A stretch of DNA of 63,980 bases, filler included, from Aduncisulcus paluster (lineage: Eukaryota): the NCBI GenBank assembly GCA_024181965.1. It is 7 parts of 7 records of this genome, joined end to end, with 100 filler letters (N's around TTAATTAATTAA, not from the genome) between each part and the next. Parts side by side here need not be neighbours in the genome. Positions count along the whole stretch, not along the records: positions 28,269 to 56,606 come from BQXS01011099.1; 6 more parts are not named here. The stretch is one strand, 5' to 3'. This document shows positions 44,701 to 56,606 of this stretch, piece by piece. The position numbers were made by a program, and so were the translations under genes. Positions within the stretch are counted from its first letter, which is position 1. Each line of letters opens with the position of its first letter. The notes below the pieces were generated by a model, which worked only from the letters and a program-made list of their open reading frames with translations, made no database searches and was not told where the DNA came from.

Positions 44701-47700
44701 AATTCTTATCACACCAATCTCCTTTCCCTTCAATCTCACACAACACAACATTATCCAAATCAATAGGAAGGAAATGCCATTCATATTTATGTTTAGGTTT
44801 TGTGAATTCATACTTCTTGAATGTCTTCTTACCATCACAATCAGTAAAAGTGAAGAGAAGAGAGGGTGAACTCAAATCCTTATTCACACAGATATAAGCA
44901 CCTTTCATAGGACTAGGTGAAGGGAAAGGGATGAAAAGATTGGATAACCATACATCACATTCCCCTTTTAACATTATTTGTGCCTGTGAACTCCGATCAT
45001 ACCACTTAGATTCCTTACTATACGAATCATCCTTGCACTTAACCATTGAGAATGAAGGATATACAAGCTTTGGATCATCACGTGGAATGGGAATAGAATC
45101 TCTACCATTAGATTTTCTATCTCCTGCCTTCACAAACTTTGGTTTCACAACTGGAGCTTCAGACCATAGTTTCTCTTTGGCTTCACGAGCTATGGTTTCC
45201 TCATGAGTTTCTTCTCGAATGAAAATAAGGGATCTGATTCCAAAATATCTTTTCTTTCTTCCTTTCCCTGTAATCTCACACAGAACAACATCAGGAAGGT
45301 CAACAGGAAGGAAATACCAATGATAATCAAAAAATTTAGGAAATTCGTACTTTTTGAATGTTTTATCACCCTTTGAAGATGTGAGAGTGAAGATAAGATG
45401 TGATGGAGGATGATTATCCTTTTGATAAGAAAAACGATCTAGAGAGATATAAGCACCCTTCATTGGGGAAGATGAAGGGAAAGGAATGGAAATATGGGTA
45501 AAGTGTCCAACATTTAACTCTTCTTTCATCATCTCTAGTGCTTTATATCTCTGATCGTGGTCAGAATCACCTTCTTCCTTGGTTCCATCTATTGCTTTGA
45601 TAGTTGAAAACTCTGGGCTCATAACATTGGGGGAATCTCTAGGAATTGGAGAGCAAGAAGAATGTCCTTCATGAACAAACTCAGGTTCCACAGTTTGTAT
45701 ATCAGTCGTCAATGAACTCATTAACAAAGAAAAAGAGTCGGAAGAGGAAATGAATAGTTTTTCACCTCCAATAAAAACAAGTGAGTTGATGCAGAATTTA
45801 AGACTATTTTTCTTGAACCACTGCCCTTTTCCTTGGATTTCACACAGACCAACATTATATAAATAAACAGGAAGGAAAAGCCATTCATGTTCATGTTGAG
45901 GTTCTGAGAAATCATACTTCTTGGATGTCTTCCTTCCATGAGAATCTGTGAAAGTGAAGAGAAGAGACGGTGAACTTGTATCCTTATGCACACAGATATA
46001 AGCACCTTTCACAGAACAAGGGGATTTAAAAGGAATCGAAAGGTATGATATGAATACTCCTTTTTTCAGTTTCCCTTTCAACATCTTTTTTGCATCAACA
46101 CTCTTATCATAATCCATCAATACTTGATCTTTTGCTGAAACGGCTGATATTGAAAGTTTTAACACCGACTCAGCACGTGGAATAGAATATTTCTCACCTT
46201 CTTTCATGAACTTGGGCTTTATGGATTGCTGAGAAAATAATATTGTTAACAAAAATTATCATTGAATAAAAGATAAACATAAGAAATTAAATTTAAACAT
46301 ACAGCTTCATCCCAAAATTGTTCAAGGGTAGATACTTGGGATTTTCGAGCAATAGATTCCTCTGGAGTTTCTTTTCGACAGAAAATAAGAGAAAAGATGG
46401 GAAATTCTCGAGTGAGAGCTTTATCGCACTGTTTTTTACCCTGAATTTCACACATTACAACATTTGTTAGATCGATTGGAAGAAAATGCCATTCAGTTTC
46501 ATCATCTTGTTTGGATTTTGGAATATCATATCTTATAGCAATTTGCACTCCATCAGAAAGAGTGAAAAGAATTGTAAGAGAGAGTGAACAAGTAGTATGC
46601 TCATCCAGACAGATATAAGCCCCTTTCATGGCGCTGGGGGATGGGAAAGGGATGGAAAGATGGGATAGGTATAAACCATCTACGTGTTCCTCTAAATCGC
46701 TCCAGGGAGTGGTGCAATATGAAAAACATGAAAATCCTTGTAACATTTCTTGTGCTCTCAAACTCACATCATAATGTTTCCCTCCAATAGAAACTCCATC
46801 ATTCTCTCCCTTGACTCTTAAGAATGAAGGGTTTATAACAATTGGATTATCACGAAGAATAGGAGGACAACATACCCCTCCTTTGTACAAAAACTCTGCT
46901 TGTACGACCTTCTACAATACGAAACAAATATCATTGAAATATATAGAAATAAGATATATAAGATAATTATATGACTAGAAATAGAAATATGAGAAACATA
47001 CAGCTTCAGATAGTAACTTTCGAGATGCTTTTTCATCTGTAGTTTCTTCTCGAACGAAAGAAAGTTGCATTAGACAAAATCTCCTCTCCTCTTCCCCTAT
47101 TTCCCCTGTAATCTCACACATAACAACATTCGAAAGTTCAATAGGGAGAAAAAACCAAGAGTGCCTTGTAAATATAGGAAATTTGTATCTTTTTGTTATT
47201 TTTTGCTTATTAGACAAAGTAAATGAGAAAAGGAGATTCATTGTTGGTGTATAATAATAATCAATCATCGACCCGTCAAAAATACGTGGTGGTTTTGGAT
47301 ATACATAAGCCCCTTTAATCTGAGAAGAAGAAAATGGGATGCTAATCTCATCTGTCTGTCCAAAATAATGGTTTTGGAGGACGGTAGGATCATCTTGAGG
47401 AATTGGAAGACAACGTGAAGAATCTTCATGAAGAAATATGGCATCATTAATTGTTTGAACCTCCTGGATGGAAGATTTATGATGAGAATGCCAGAGAAAG
47501 AGACAAAGAAATAGAAACGATTAAAAATGTTAGAAAATGGAATNNNNNNNNNNNNNNNNNNNNATAATGGTTTTGGAGGACGGTAGGATCATCTTGAGGA
47601 ATTGGAAGACAACGTGAAGAATCTTCATGAAGAAATATGGCATCATTAATTGTTTGAACCTCCTGGATGGAAGATTTATGATGAGAATGCCAGAGAAAGA

Positions 47701-47844
47701 GACAAAGAAATAGAAACGAGTAAAAATGTTAGAAAATGGAATGAAGCATGCTAATGATATTCACATATTACAATATCATGCCTTAAATGGGAAACACCCC
47801 TGGGATAACGATGGACATACTCCAGGACTTTCGGAAGAACTCAT
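41770..47844 (-). CDS. Repeat-domain (x7) + Ser/Thr kinase; exons 47844-47821, 47463-47002, 46911-46303, 46228-41770; assembly problems at gaps 42802-42821 and 47544-47563
   Basis: Three GTATGT..AG phase-0 introns join the ORFs in frame (MSSSESPG|EVQTI, LLSEA|KVVQAEF, FWDEA|QSIKPKF). Kinase motifs GSGGFG, HRDVKPDN, ADLG and GTLVYNS are present. Confidence 0.8.
43385..45722 (-). repeat. Recent ~1.15-1.2-kb intragenic tandem duplication encoding an A+B domain pair
   Basis: 43385-44527 and ~44550-45722 share long identical DNA runs (IQTVEPEF.H.GHSSCSPIPRDSPN...LWSEAPVVKP...SSSSKTPTSTSSLPSKV). Confidence 0.9.
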
Positions 47845-48172
47845 ATTACTTTTCAACGGCTAAGAGTAATAATATAATAAGACGATGTGATGATCTGGAC
47901 ACAAAATATGATCGATATAAAAATATAATGCACGTACAAGATGATAATACTCTTATTATAGCCAAAAGAACATTTTTTTTTTGTATGTCTCTTTCGTTGT
48001 CCACTAACATTTACACGATTAAAAATCGAAAAAACATCAATAAAAAGAATATCTTTTTTTATTTTAAATCAAGAGAGAGTATTGACCACTACAGAGGAAC
48101 CAATGCAATTCGAAAATTCAATTTTTAAATAAGGCTTATTTAGGTGTTAACAATGAAAATTAAATGATTTAT

Positions 48173-51100
48173 TCACATCTTTTTAACAGTTTTCTTCAGA
48201 GTGTGCATATATTCTCTTGTGATAGATTCAGAATAACGCCTGAAATTTAACACGCGCAAGGCCTTGGCATTTATCTTGAGATTTCCCGCGTATTGTGGAA
48301 CATCACAATTCTTAGCTGCGGCAAGAGCAACCTTATTCATCAAAAACAAATGATCTCCGACACTATCAAAGTTTTTCTTGTATTTCTGGAAATCACAACT
48401 TGCAGCAATACAAGCAAGTTCGGCACTTGTTTTGAGATGAAGAGAAATGCACCCAAGCGCTGGAGTAAACAACCTTTTCACCAACAATGGAGACAATCCA
48501 ACGACCACCACAGCCTGCTTTGTCGAATCGAGATCAGTCTGAGAAACCCTACCATCTTTCTTTGACGATCTTCTCGATTCTCCAACGACAGCTCCCGCCA
48601 GTTTACCAATATCTCTCTTGATATCAGCAGTCTCTCCAAGGGAAATGGCACGAGTCCGAGGTCCACTATCGAGCAATACACTTTCCACGACGGCACAGAG
48701 GGCATTTGAGAGACATGTCAATGTGTGGTTAACTTTATCTTGGAGCTGAGACACATGTGGACGAACTGTTTCATCGCCATTCCCAATCCGAACTCCACGA
48801 CAGCCAATGTATTTACCAATCATATTAACAACACACACGACACCTTCGTATATGATATCAGCACGATGTTCACTGACGGATGGAAGATAGAGTTGTCTCC
48901 AAAGGGGTCGTAAACCAATAAAGACAAATCTCCACATTAAGACACGTCTCCAGGCATCGAGTTTAGCTTCAGCTTGGGTCTTAATGCTTTCAAACAACAT
49001 CTTTATGCTGGATTGAGTTGAATGTGCACGGCCTTGACTCAATTCTTTGCTCATAATACTGCAAAACAGTATAACAGCCTGGAAAGAATTAATCCTGATC
49101 ATACAACACTCAATCTTCTTCAAAACAAGAGATAAATGCCGTTTTAATGTTAATATATGGGGATCTGTAGAGTATAATATTGATGATGCGGGGGCCAATG
49201 AAGAAGAATATGCCGATTTGAAGCCAGAACTTGCTGTCGGGAAGGATCTATCATCGGTGCCTCGATAACTCCTAGGATGAGTCGGGGGTGAACTAAATAC
49301 CCCAAAGAACTTTGTTGATTTCCTGTGCATCATGGTCACATCGTCATCCTCGGGGTATGGCGTCAGTGGAGTGTACTGAGATGTCGGTGGATCTGTGTGA
49401 TGAGTAAACATAGGACCAAGTAATGGGACAAGAGAGGACACGGGGTCTTCTTTCTCAAGAGAAAAGTTAAGATCATCTTCAAGGAATTTGCTCTGCTGTT
49501 GACAATATACTCTAAACATAGTCGCAACCATAGATGCAACCCTCACATGCACACTCTCTCCCTCAAGCTCTATGCTCTTATCTGCATAAAGAGTCTCCAC
49601 AATATTCCTGATGAACATCACAACGGCAAAGAGCGAAGAATCATAGATGATGCCAAGATAGTTGGCCACTGTGACAATGTCTTTGTTCGGAGGCGGGGAA
49701 AGGCCAGAGGAAGAGGGAGAAGCAATTGTGCTTGACGGCAGGGATACTTTCTGTGTGAGATCAACACTATTGCACTCGAACTCGGTCGACAACGTGACTC
49801 TTCGTTGCGAGGGAAGGGTGGACTGACGTAAGCATCGAATGGCCACCTGAGAGAGCTCACCTTCTTTGAGGCTACAATATCTCTGGATGGCCATAACAGC
49901 TAACACGGCTGGATCAGGTTTTCCTGGGGCAAGCGCAGTGAAAGTGGGTACAACGGCCATCTTTCGCATCTCCTTGACTCCCTTCTGGACAGCGGAAAGC
50001 ATTGAAAGCATGACACCTAGTTTGACAGCCAGTTGAGACGAATCCATGATAGATTCGGCCACAGATATGGCTGTCCTCGTAATGAACGAACAGCAATGGT
50101 GTTTCAAAGCCTTGTCAAACTCACCTGCATGTGAGATTAAAGGTGCGATAATATCCAAGATAAACAGTGTTGAAGTTGAGCATTGGTTTCCTAGAGTTTT
50201 GATGACTTTAGCAGGAACAGGAGGATTCTCAAGTAAAAGTTTATCCGATGACATACAAACATTTCCTGTATCGGGCATATCTGATTGCCCACCGTCTGCA
50301 TCTGATTCATCATCAAACAAAGTCATATGTGTAAGATCAGACACATCGAAGGAAGCCTTCGCCAAGAAATCTGGTTTCCTTTTCTGTAAATCATCACGTC
50401 CGCCCTTTGTTTTGTCATTCTCCAATAATTCAATATAATGCATCAAGTCATGTACAATACACAACCCTTCGTATTCAATGGATTGGATCACGATCTTCTT
50501 CAGAACATTTTGTTCTTGACCCCAAAGCACAGACAATGGACCACTTGCACAGTCAGCCACCTCAGCTCCTGCCAAAGAAAATGAGATCAAGGACGAAGAG
50601 AGAGCTTTAGAGTCTCGCTGGGAATCCATATCAGACATTGAGAGCGGCTTTGGAGTTTTTGATGCAGAAACATTATATTTAGATCCCAATTCATGCTCAA
50701 CGACATGTCTGGCCACTTCTCTATCAAGCTTATCCACTTGTTTCCTAGGACGTCTCTTATCCCACCATCCCTGTTGTTCTTCATCTTTCTGCTCTTCCTC
50801 AGGCTGGTAGGGCGAAGATTCAGACAATGCAGCCTCTTTCTTCTCTCTTGCCTCACGCAAATGCTTCATCCGAGAAATACGGGCACGTTCTCTTTCTGCA
50901 GCTACAAATAAGTGTTGTCCAAGAAGGTCATTCAGTTCGATTGGAGTATAAGAGTGAATATGAGGAGAAATATCTTCGTTCTGCTCTTCAATCTCTCCCG
51001 TGGAACCAGTAGTTTCTCTTTTCGAACCCCCGCCAGCATCACGGGTCTCTTCCTCTTTCTGCTTCTTTTCGAGAGACGTCACAGACATTCCACAAACGTC

Positions 51101-53836
51101 ACACAATCGACAGCACATCACTGTTTGTAGGACACCCTGGGAGATAATGTCGAAGGCGATTGCTTCGTCAGATGGCAGTGGAACCTCTTCATCGGTGCCC
51201 ACAGTGCCAGACGAAACACCAGAAGGGGAAGAGGAAATAGGAGAAGCAAGCTTAAGAGAGTCGAGACGGGTTGAATCCCTCACGGCTCCCATAATTACTG
51301 AAGTGCGATGCAGAAGATATTCGCAGTTCTTGACAATATTTGAACATATTTTGCATACCTCATTCAGCTGAACAGATGAGTGAAACAGTCGCCACTGTGA
51401 ATATCCTGACACCCAACAATGGTTCAACATCAAGGGTTCATCTTCAGCAGCCGTGGGGGACGTATAACGCTTCAGGGAGAGTCGTCTATCTCCTCCTAGG
51501 AATGGTGAGTGTTCTGACTTGAGCGACGATGACCCCATTCCATGAGATGTCGATAGAGGTGGAATCAGAGATCCACGGCCATGCGAGAGGGTTGTTACGA
51601 TACGTTTGACACCGGCTGAATGCATATTCTCAACGGGCACACCCAGACAGAACAAAAGAATGGTTGTTAACAGTTCAGAACACAGAGAAAGAGCATTGGA
51701 GAGCGCAAACAGTTCCTTAGTAGATGTTCCAGCGAGAGACAAATCAACCGATGAGGGTTCACCACCATATCCGTTCTCCTCTTTGAGTTTTTCTCTGGCC
51801 TGTTTCTTTTTCAGCTTTTCACGACGCTTCACATGATCGATGACGCCCTGAACACATCTCCCACTGACACGTTCGCAAATATATGACAACAAAAGAGCTG
51901 GAGTCACCGAGAATACTGAAGATATGAAAGGGCTAAGCACACTCACATATGAAACAATATCAAGACAATTCCTCTCCAGAGAGAAGTTACGGACAATAGT
52001 GAAGGCCAACGAGAGTGACAGGGGGCATGGAGTACATGAAGAACGGGAGGAAGAGTGGATAATCTTACCAATGAAGTCACGACGGATGCTACCAAGTTGG
52101 TTAAGTTTCCGCCGTTTCCGACTCTTCTTTGCATTGCTCTTGTTCTTCTTTGATCTCTGACACACAGAACTGTTTGCTCCACTCGAATCAACCATCGTGT
52201 GAACTCCTGATGGATCACCAGTGGTTGTCGCAGGGGGCATTGAAGAAACAGTGACATCTTGTGGAATATCAACGTCCAGCGGGTCTTCAAGAGCTTCTTT
52301 CCTCATTATAAATCCCCCACTTCGACTGATGGAAGATCCACTACTTCCGAGACGAGTACCAATCCCGCCTGCACCGGTCGACATGTGGGTATGGGAACTC
52401 TCCCCACCATAGCGTTGTTCCGTGTCAGTAAAAGTGTATGTTCTGGAGAACTGTTCCTCATCATCTTCCTGTCTTTTGGCCTCTTCTTGGCGCTCTTTGA
52501 CGCTATTCCACACACCGTCACTCTCCATCATAGACACAGCCTCTTCGATTCGTGTGACCAGGGCAAGGCATTCAACATAACAACCTCTTTTCGAATGGGA
52601 AGGGAAGAGAGTGCCAGAAACAGGGTCTTTCACACGACCAAGAACGACAGAGAGATTGAAGAGAGAAGAGGCAAGCTTCGTCTTGAGTTCGATATATTCT
52701 TTTCTACGTGTCACACCACGACTCCCATTTGTGAGTCGATTGCACACAAAAGCAGTACTCACAGAGAGAATACGATGGATCAGGGAGAGGGCAGAGGGGA
52801 AGGACAGGGGTGTCGGAGGGTGAAGATTCAGGTCTGACCCAAGAGAAGAAGTAGGAGTTGAACATGTTGATGGGGCCTCTGAGTTGGGGGAGGAAACACT
52901 CGGATCCGTCATTGTTGAACTTGGATCATCAACTTTGGATTCACCAGAAGCTACGGGAGTGCCCTTATCCTCTTCTTCATCCCCTAACAAGGAATTAATA
53001 AAATTTTTGAGTAGTTTTGCTTGACATAGCATCGGAATATCGGTTAAAACTTGTTCTCCACAAACATATTTCATTTCGTTACATACTTCACGGTGCGTAT
53101 TCGACACGATATTAAATGATGTTCTTACCATTGATACAACGCATTCGATCACATCAGTGTCATATTCTTTTGAATGGTATAATTCTCCAGGAACGACACA
53201 ATCAGAGTTTAGGAGAGGAATTAAATATGAGCATATGGATTGACCAAGCTGTTTTTTAGAGTAACCTTTGGCTCGTGGAACCCTAACACGACCAATATGA
53301 TGACCCAATGAAGCGATGAAGAGACTGTATGCAGTCCTTACTCTATCACCTTCTGTTGAGAGAATATCCGACAGGGATAACAAATGGAGTGGAGAAGTCG
53401 ACCACAGCGGTGATGGTGGTGGAGGGCGAGGAAATAGAGAAGATGGGGCCGGTGGCAATGAAGGGGCTTGGTGAATAATACCAGAGTTGTGGATAGATGG
53501 TTTCTTCTTTGACATAATAGAAGAATCATTTTCAATTAGTCCAATTCTTGTACTATTTATGGAATTTGCAAAAGATTTATCTAAATCTTCACGAGATGGG
53601 AAGGGCTTGGGAAAAGCATCCCGGAATAACAAATAGTCAGGATAAGGTCTTGAAGAAGGAATAAGGGGTAAAGATTGAGGAACGAGTTCTTTTTTGAGAA
53701 TATCAACAAGTTTTTTGCCATCAACTTCTGATAGATCAGCTGGACGAGGCAATTCGCGTAATTTTGGGTGAGAAGTCAGTAAATAGAATAATAAAGTTTC
53801 ATAATCTTGAACAACTGGCCGATAGAAGGGCCTCAT
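48173..53836 (-). CDS. 1887-aa MUN-domain (Munc13 homology / DUF810, PATROL1-like) tethering protein
   Basis: C-terminal FVFIGLR...LY...V...R, VLLDSGP.TRA......IKRD...L and LRVLNFR recall the MHD2 region of DUF810/unc-13 homologues. Confidence 0.55.
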   Translation of the reverse strand: MRPFYRPVVQDYETLLFYLLTSHPKLRELPRPADLSEVDGKKLVDILKKELVPQSLPLIPSSRPYPDYLLFRDAFPKPFPSREDLDKSFANSINSTRIGLIENDSSIMSKKKPSIHNSGIIHQAPSLPPAPSSLFPRPPPPSPLWSTSPLHLLSLSDILSTEGDRVRTAYSLFIASLGHHIGRVRVPRAKGYSKKQLGQSICSYLIPLLNSDCVVPGELYHSKEYDTDVIECVVSMVRTSFNIVSNTHREVCNEMKYVCGEQVLTDIPMLCQAKLLKNFINSLLGDEEEDKGTPVASGESKVDDPSSTMTDPSVSSPNSEAPSTCSTPTSSLGSDLNLHPPTPLSFPSALSLIHRILSVSTAFVCNRLTNGSRGVTRRKEYIELKTKLASSLFNLSVVLGRVKDPVSGTLFPSHSKRGCYVECLALVTRIEEAVSMMESDGVWNSVKERQEEAKRQEDDEEQFSRTYTFTDTEQRYGGESSHTHMSTGAGGIGTRLGSSGSSISRSGGFIMRKEALEDPLDVDIPQDVTVSSMPPATTTGDPSGVHTMVDSSGANSSVCQRSKKNKSNAKKSRKRRKLNQLGSIRRDFIGKIIHSSSRSSCTPCPLSLSLAFTIVRNFSLERNCLDIVSYVSVLSPFISSVFSVTPALLLSYICERVSGRCVQGVIDHVKRREKLKKKQAREKLKEENGYGGEPSSVDLSLAGTSTKELFALSNALSLCSELLTTILLFCLGVPVENMHSAGVKRIVTTLSHGRGSLIPPLSTSHGMGSSSLKSEHSPFLGGDRRLSLKRYTSPTAAEDEPLMLNHCWVSGYSQWRLFHSSVQLNEVCKICSNIVKNCEYLLHRTSVIMGAVRDSTRLDSLKLASPISSSPSGVSSGTVGTDEEVPLPSDEAIAFDIISQGVLQTVMCCRLCDVCGMSVTSLEKKQKEEETRDAGGGSKRETTGSTGEIEEQNEDISPHIHSYTPIELNDLLGQHLFVAAERERARISRMKHLREAREKKEAALSESSPYQPEEEQKDEEQQGWWDKRRPRKQVDKLDREVARHVVEHELGSKYNVSASKTPKPLSMSDMDSQRDSKALSSSLISFSLAGAEVADCASGPLSVLWGQEQNVLKKIVIQSIEYEGLCIVHDLMHYIELLENDKTKGGRDDLQKRKPDFLAKASFDVSDLTHMTLFDDESDADGGQSDMPDTGNVCMSSDKLLLENPPVPAKVIKTLGNQCSTSTLFILDIIAPLISHAGEFDKALKHHCCSFITRTAISVAESIMDSSQLAVKLGVMLSMLSAVQKGVKEMRKMAVVPTFTALAPGKPDPAVLAVMAIQRYCSLKEGELSQVAIRCLRQSTLPSQRRVTLSTEFECNSVDLTQKVSLPSSTIASPSSSGLSPPPNKDIVTVANYLGIIYDSSLFAVVMFIRNIVETLYADKSIELEGESVHVRVASMVATMFRVYCQQQSKFLEDDLNFSLEKEDPVSSLVPLLGPMFTHHTDPPTSQYTPLTPYPEDDDVTMMHRKSTKFFGVFSSPPTHPRSYRGTDDRSFPTASSGFKSAYSSSLAPASSILYSTDPHILTLKRHLSLVLKKIECCMIRINSFQAVILFCSIMSKELSQGRAHSTQSSIKMLFESIKTQAEAKLDAWRRVLMWRFVFIGLRPLWRQLYLPSVSEHRADIIYEGVVCVVNMIGKYIGCRGVRIGNGDETVRPHVSQLQDKVNHTLTCLSNALCAVVESVLLDSGPRTRAISLGETADIKRDIGKLAGAVVGESRRSSKKDGRVSQTDLDSTKQAVVVVGLSPLLVKRLFTPALGCISLHLKTSAELACIAASCDFQKYKKNFDSVGDHLFLMNKVALAAAKNCDVPQYAGNLKINAKALRVLNFRRYSESITREYMHTLKKTVKKM

Positions 53837-54163
53837 TATTGTTAAATATTTAAAGCATCAACAAAAAGCGACTCTGAAACACATCGATGGATCGACTGGC
53901 AGACTGATCACTTCTATCGACAGAAGAAATATACATAAAAGATTTTAATCGACGAAATATTATTTACTGAATAATGTCAACCCCAAATAAGCCCAAAAAA
54001 CTTTCTTTATTTTGGCGGTTATATAAATTCCCAGAATCCGACCTCAACGCTCAATTCAGTAATATTGATGGGATATTTTTGTAAATATCAAACTTAATGT
54101 ACATCATATTATAAAATTACCCCAAGATTTGCAATAATTTTATTTCATTCAGCAGGAATTATA

Positions 54164-54940
54164 ATGCCATTTTTTGACCTCAAGAGCATCACAAGAATGG
54201 ACGGGACAGGACAGGAAAGATTTTTTCAACTCTCAAAAAGGTTATCCCATGTTAGAAAAGGAATTACCACTGAGAAGCAACTCCACTATTCGGCTATCTC
54301 CAAAAAACTGGATGCCACAGAAAAAGCGATTAAAAATTATACCATTAAAATGGATGAAAACTTAGCCTCTTTTAGAGATCAGATTGAGATCATCACAAAG
54401 GGTCTTGATTCTGAAGCTGCCGAACGGGAAAAATTGTCAGATGAAAAATCTAAAAGTATCGAAGCCCTTTCAGTATCTTTAAGAGATATTTTGACAAAAG
54501 AAACTGAAGAACGGAGGAAAGGGAAGAATAAGCTTACTAATCAGCTTGAGAGTGAAATATCTTCTCTCTCGCGTGATCTCAGTGAAATTGTATCCGAAAG
54601 ATGTGTCTCACGGGAGGAACAGAAGGCAATTTTCTCCTCCGATATTCAAAAACTCCAAGAACTTATTGAGGCCGAGAGAACTGATCGTCTCGAGACTGAA
54701 AAGGCAGCTTCTATTACCATCGATTCTACACTCGAAACAGTTGCCCGGATGATTGATGAGCAGAAAAGAGCACATGATTCGGCTGAAGAGAGGTTTATTT
54801 CAACATTAGAAGAAATATCCACCAGGTGTCGCATTCGTTTGGCCACTGAAAAGAAAGAAAGAGAAGAAGGGGAAGATATGCTTTTAAGGTTATTGGAAGA
54901 TACATGTAAAACAGAAAGAATGTATTTTAAAGGTGTATAA
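54164..54940 (+). CDS. SF-assemblin / beta-giardin family striated-fibre protein
   Basis: 258-aa segmented coiled coil with periodic E..ER motifs and a C-terminal EKKEREEGEDMLLRLLEDTC. Confidence 0.75.
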   Translation: MPFFDLKSITRMDGTGQERFFQLSKRLSHVRKGITTEKQLHYSAISKKLDATEKAIKNYTIKMDENLASFRDQIEIITKGLDSEAAEREKLSDEKSKSIEALSVSLRDILTKETEERRKGKNKLTNQLESEISSLSRDLSEIVSERCVSREEQKAIFSSDIQKLQELIEAERTDRLETEKAASITIDSTLETVARMIDEQKRAHDSAEERFISTLEEISTRCRIRLATEKKEREEGEDMLLRLLEDTCKTERMYFKGV

Positions 54941-55117
54941 TATTGTTTGACAATAAATTATTTCGGTTTTTATACCATTTCAGATGGCTTTCGTTCAATC
55001 CCTGATTGGCATGAACTTCATGATCGAACTTCCACAAAAATTGACAATTTTTTTATGATATATTACAAAATATAAAGAATAATTAATAAATTGTCTCTAA
55101 TATATGAAATATTTTCT

Positions 55118-56606
55118 TTATTTTCTCAAAGAATTCAAAGCTAAGGATCCATAGGGCCTTGTTATCCCTAACGAATAAGAAGACCCAAGTTGAGAATAAC
55201 AATCTCTAACTCCTGCCAAAGGAGGAGTGTATCCTTCCCTTTCTCTGATTGAGAATGCACCGGACGATGACATAGAGCTCGATGGAAGGGAAGCATGCAC
55301 AATGAAGGGATCTGAGGAGCGATATTCACTCGGGGCAAACGAAGAACCACTGCTTACAACGTCTAACTTGGACGATGGCTGTTCAAATGCAAAAGGATTC
55401 GAAGAGGAAGGGAAGATATGATGCTGAGTAACTACATTGGGTTGTGAATAGGCTTCTGGAGCCATTTGAGGGAATGAATGCATTAATTGAGGATGAATAG
55501 GCCTGTAATGTGGAACGGGACATGTTTTCCCAAAGTTCATAACACGTGCTCGTCCGCTTAACCAAGCTTCCCGTCTGAGTTGAGGATCTGAGCATGAAGC
55601 GTTGGAAAGGAAAGAACTAGTCATAGGCCTGAATGGAAGACTTGATTGTATATCAGATCCGTAAGATTCCGAGGTATCAGAAGAATCAGAAGTTGACTCA
55701 TCGATGGATGTTTCTTCTTCACCAATTTCTTCTTCAATAAGCTCATTGGCTTCAATTTCTTCTTTCTTTTGAGATTTAGATTTTAATTTCTTCTTTTTCT
55801 TCGCTTCTTTTTTCCGGAATTCCAATTCCCACTCAAGTTTCTTCTTCTGCAAAAATAAAGCATTTTCTTCTTTAATTTTTTTAGCCGCAGCAACTTTTCG
55901 TTCTTCTTCCTCCACAAATCCCATTGAAGGCACTCCAGAGCTCATGTCTGGCATAAAAGGCGTGCTTCCATAGAAATATACTTGGGAATTAGCAAAGGAC
56001 ATGACAGGCATGAAAGAAACACGCTTAGCATCCATAGTTGTATGCAATGGGCCTAGATCCTTTGTTTTCTTTTTTTTATCAAGTTCAACACTACTTCCAA
56101 TATTAGTAACATTCTCTTTTGCCTTCACTCTTTCACTCTCCCTCTCTCTTTCTCTCTCTTCTTCTTCTTCTCTTCTCTTTTTATCTTCTTCTCTCTTCTT
56201 TTTGTCCTCTTCTCTTCTCCTTTCATCGTCTCTCCTCCTCTCTTCTTCTCTTCTTCTATCATCTTCCCATCTTCTCTTCTCCTCTTCCCATCGTCTTCTT
56301 TCTTCCTCCCATTTCCTTTCATCGGCTATTCTTCTATCTTCAGCAAGTCGTTTCTCTTCAGCAAGTCGTTTTTCTTCGGCAATTCTTTTTTCGTCAGCAA
56401 TTTGTTTCTCATTTGCTATTCTTTTTTCCTCCGCGATTCTTTCTACTTCTTTTCTTATCATTTCTGCCCTTATTCTTTCTTCTTCTCTTATTCTTTCTTC
56501 TTCTCTAATTCTTTTTTCTCTTTCTTCTTCTTCTTTTCTCCTTTCTTCAGCTTTTTCTTTTTCTATTCTTATTCTTTCGTTTTCTCTTATTTTCGCTTCA
56601 TCTATT
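55118..56606 (-). CDS. 5'-partial protein with a long E/K/R single-alpha-helix or coiled-coil region and a Ser/Pro-rich tail
   Basis: Frame is open to the contig edge, with EEKRLA/EEERRR repeats. Confidence 0.75.

Noticed and set aside
47787-48128. 113-aa + strand ORF and other short AT-rich intergenic ORFs (2481-2669, 6162-6383, 56861-57181, 57859-58077)
   Set aside because: Their composition matches non-coding AT-rich DNA with no motifs. The first overlaps the predicted first exon of the kinase gene on the opposite strand.
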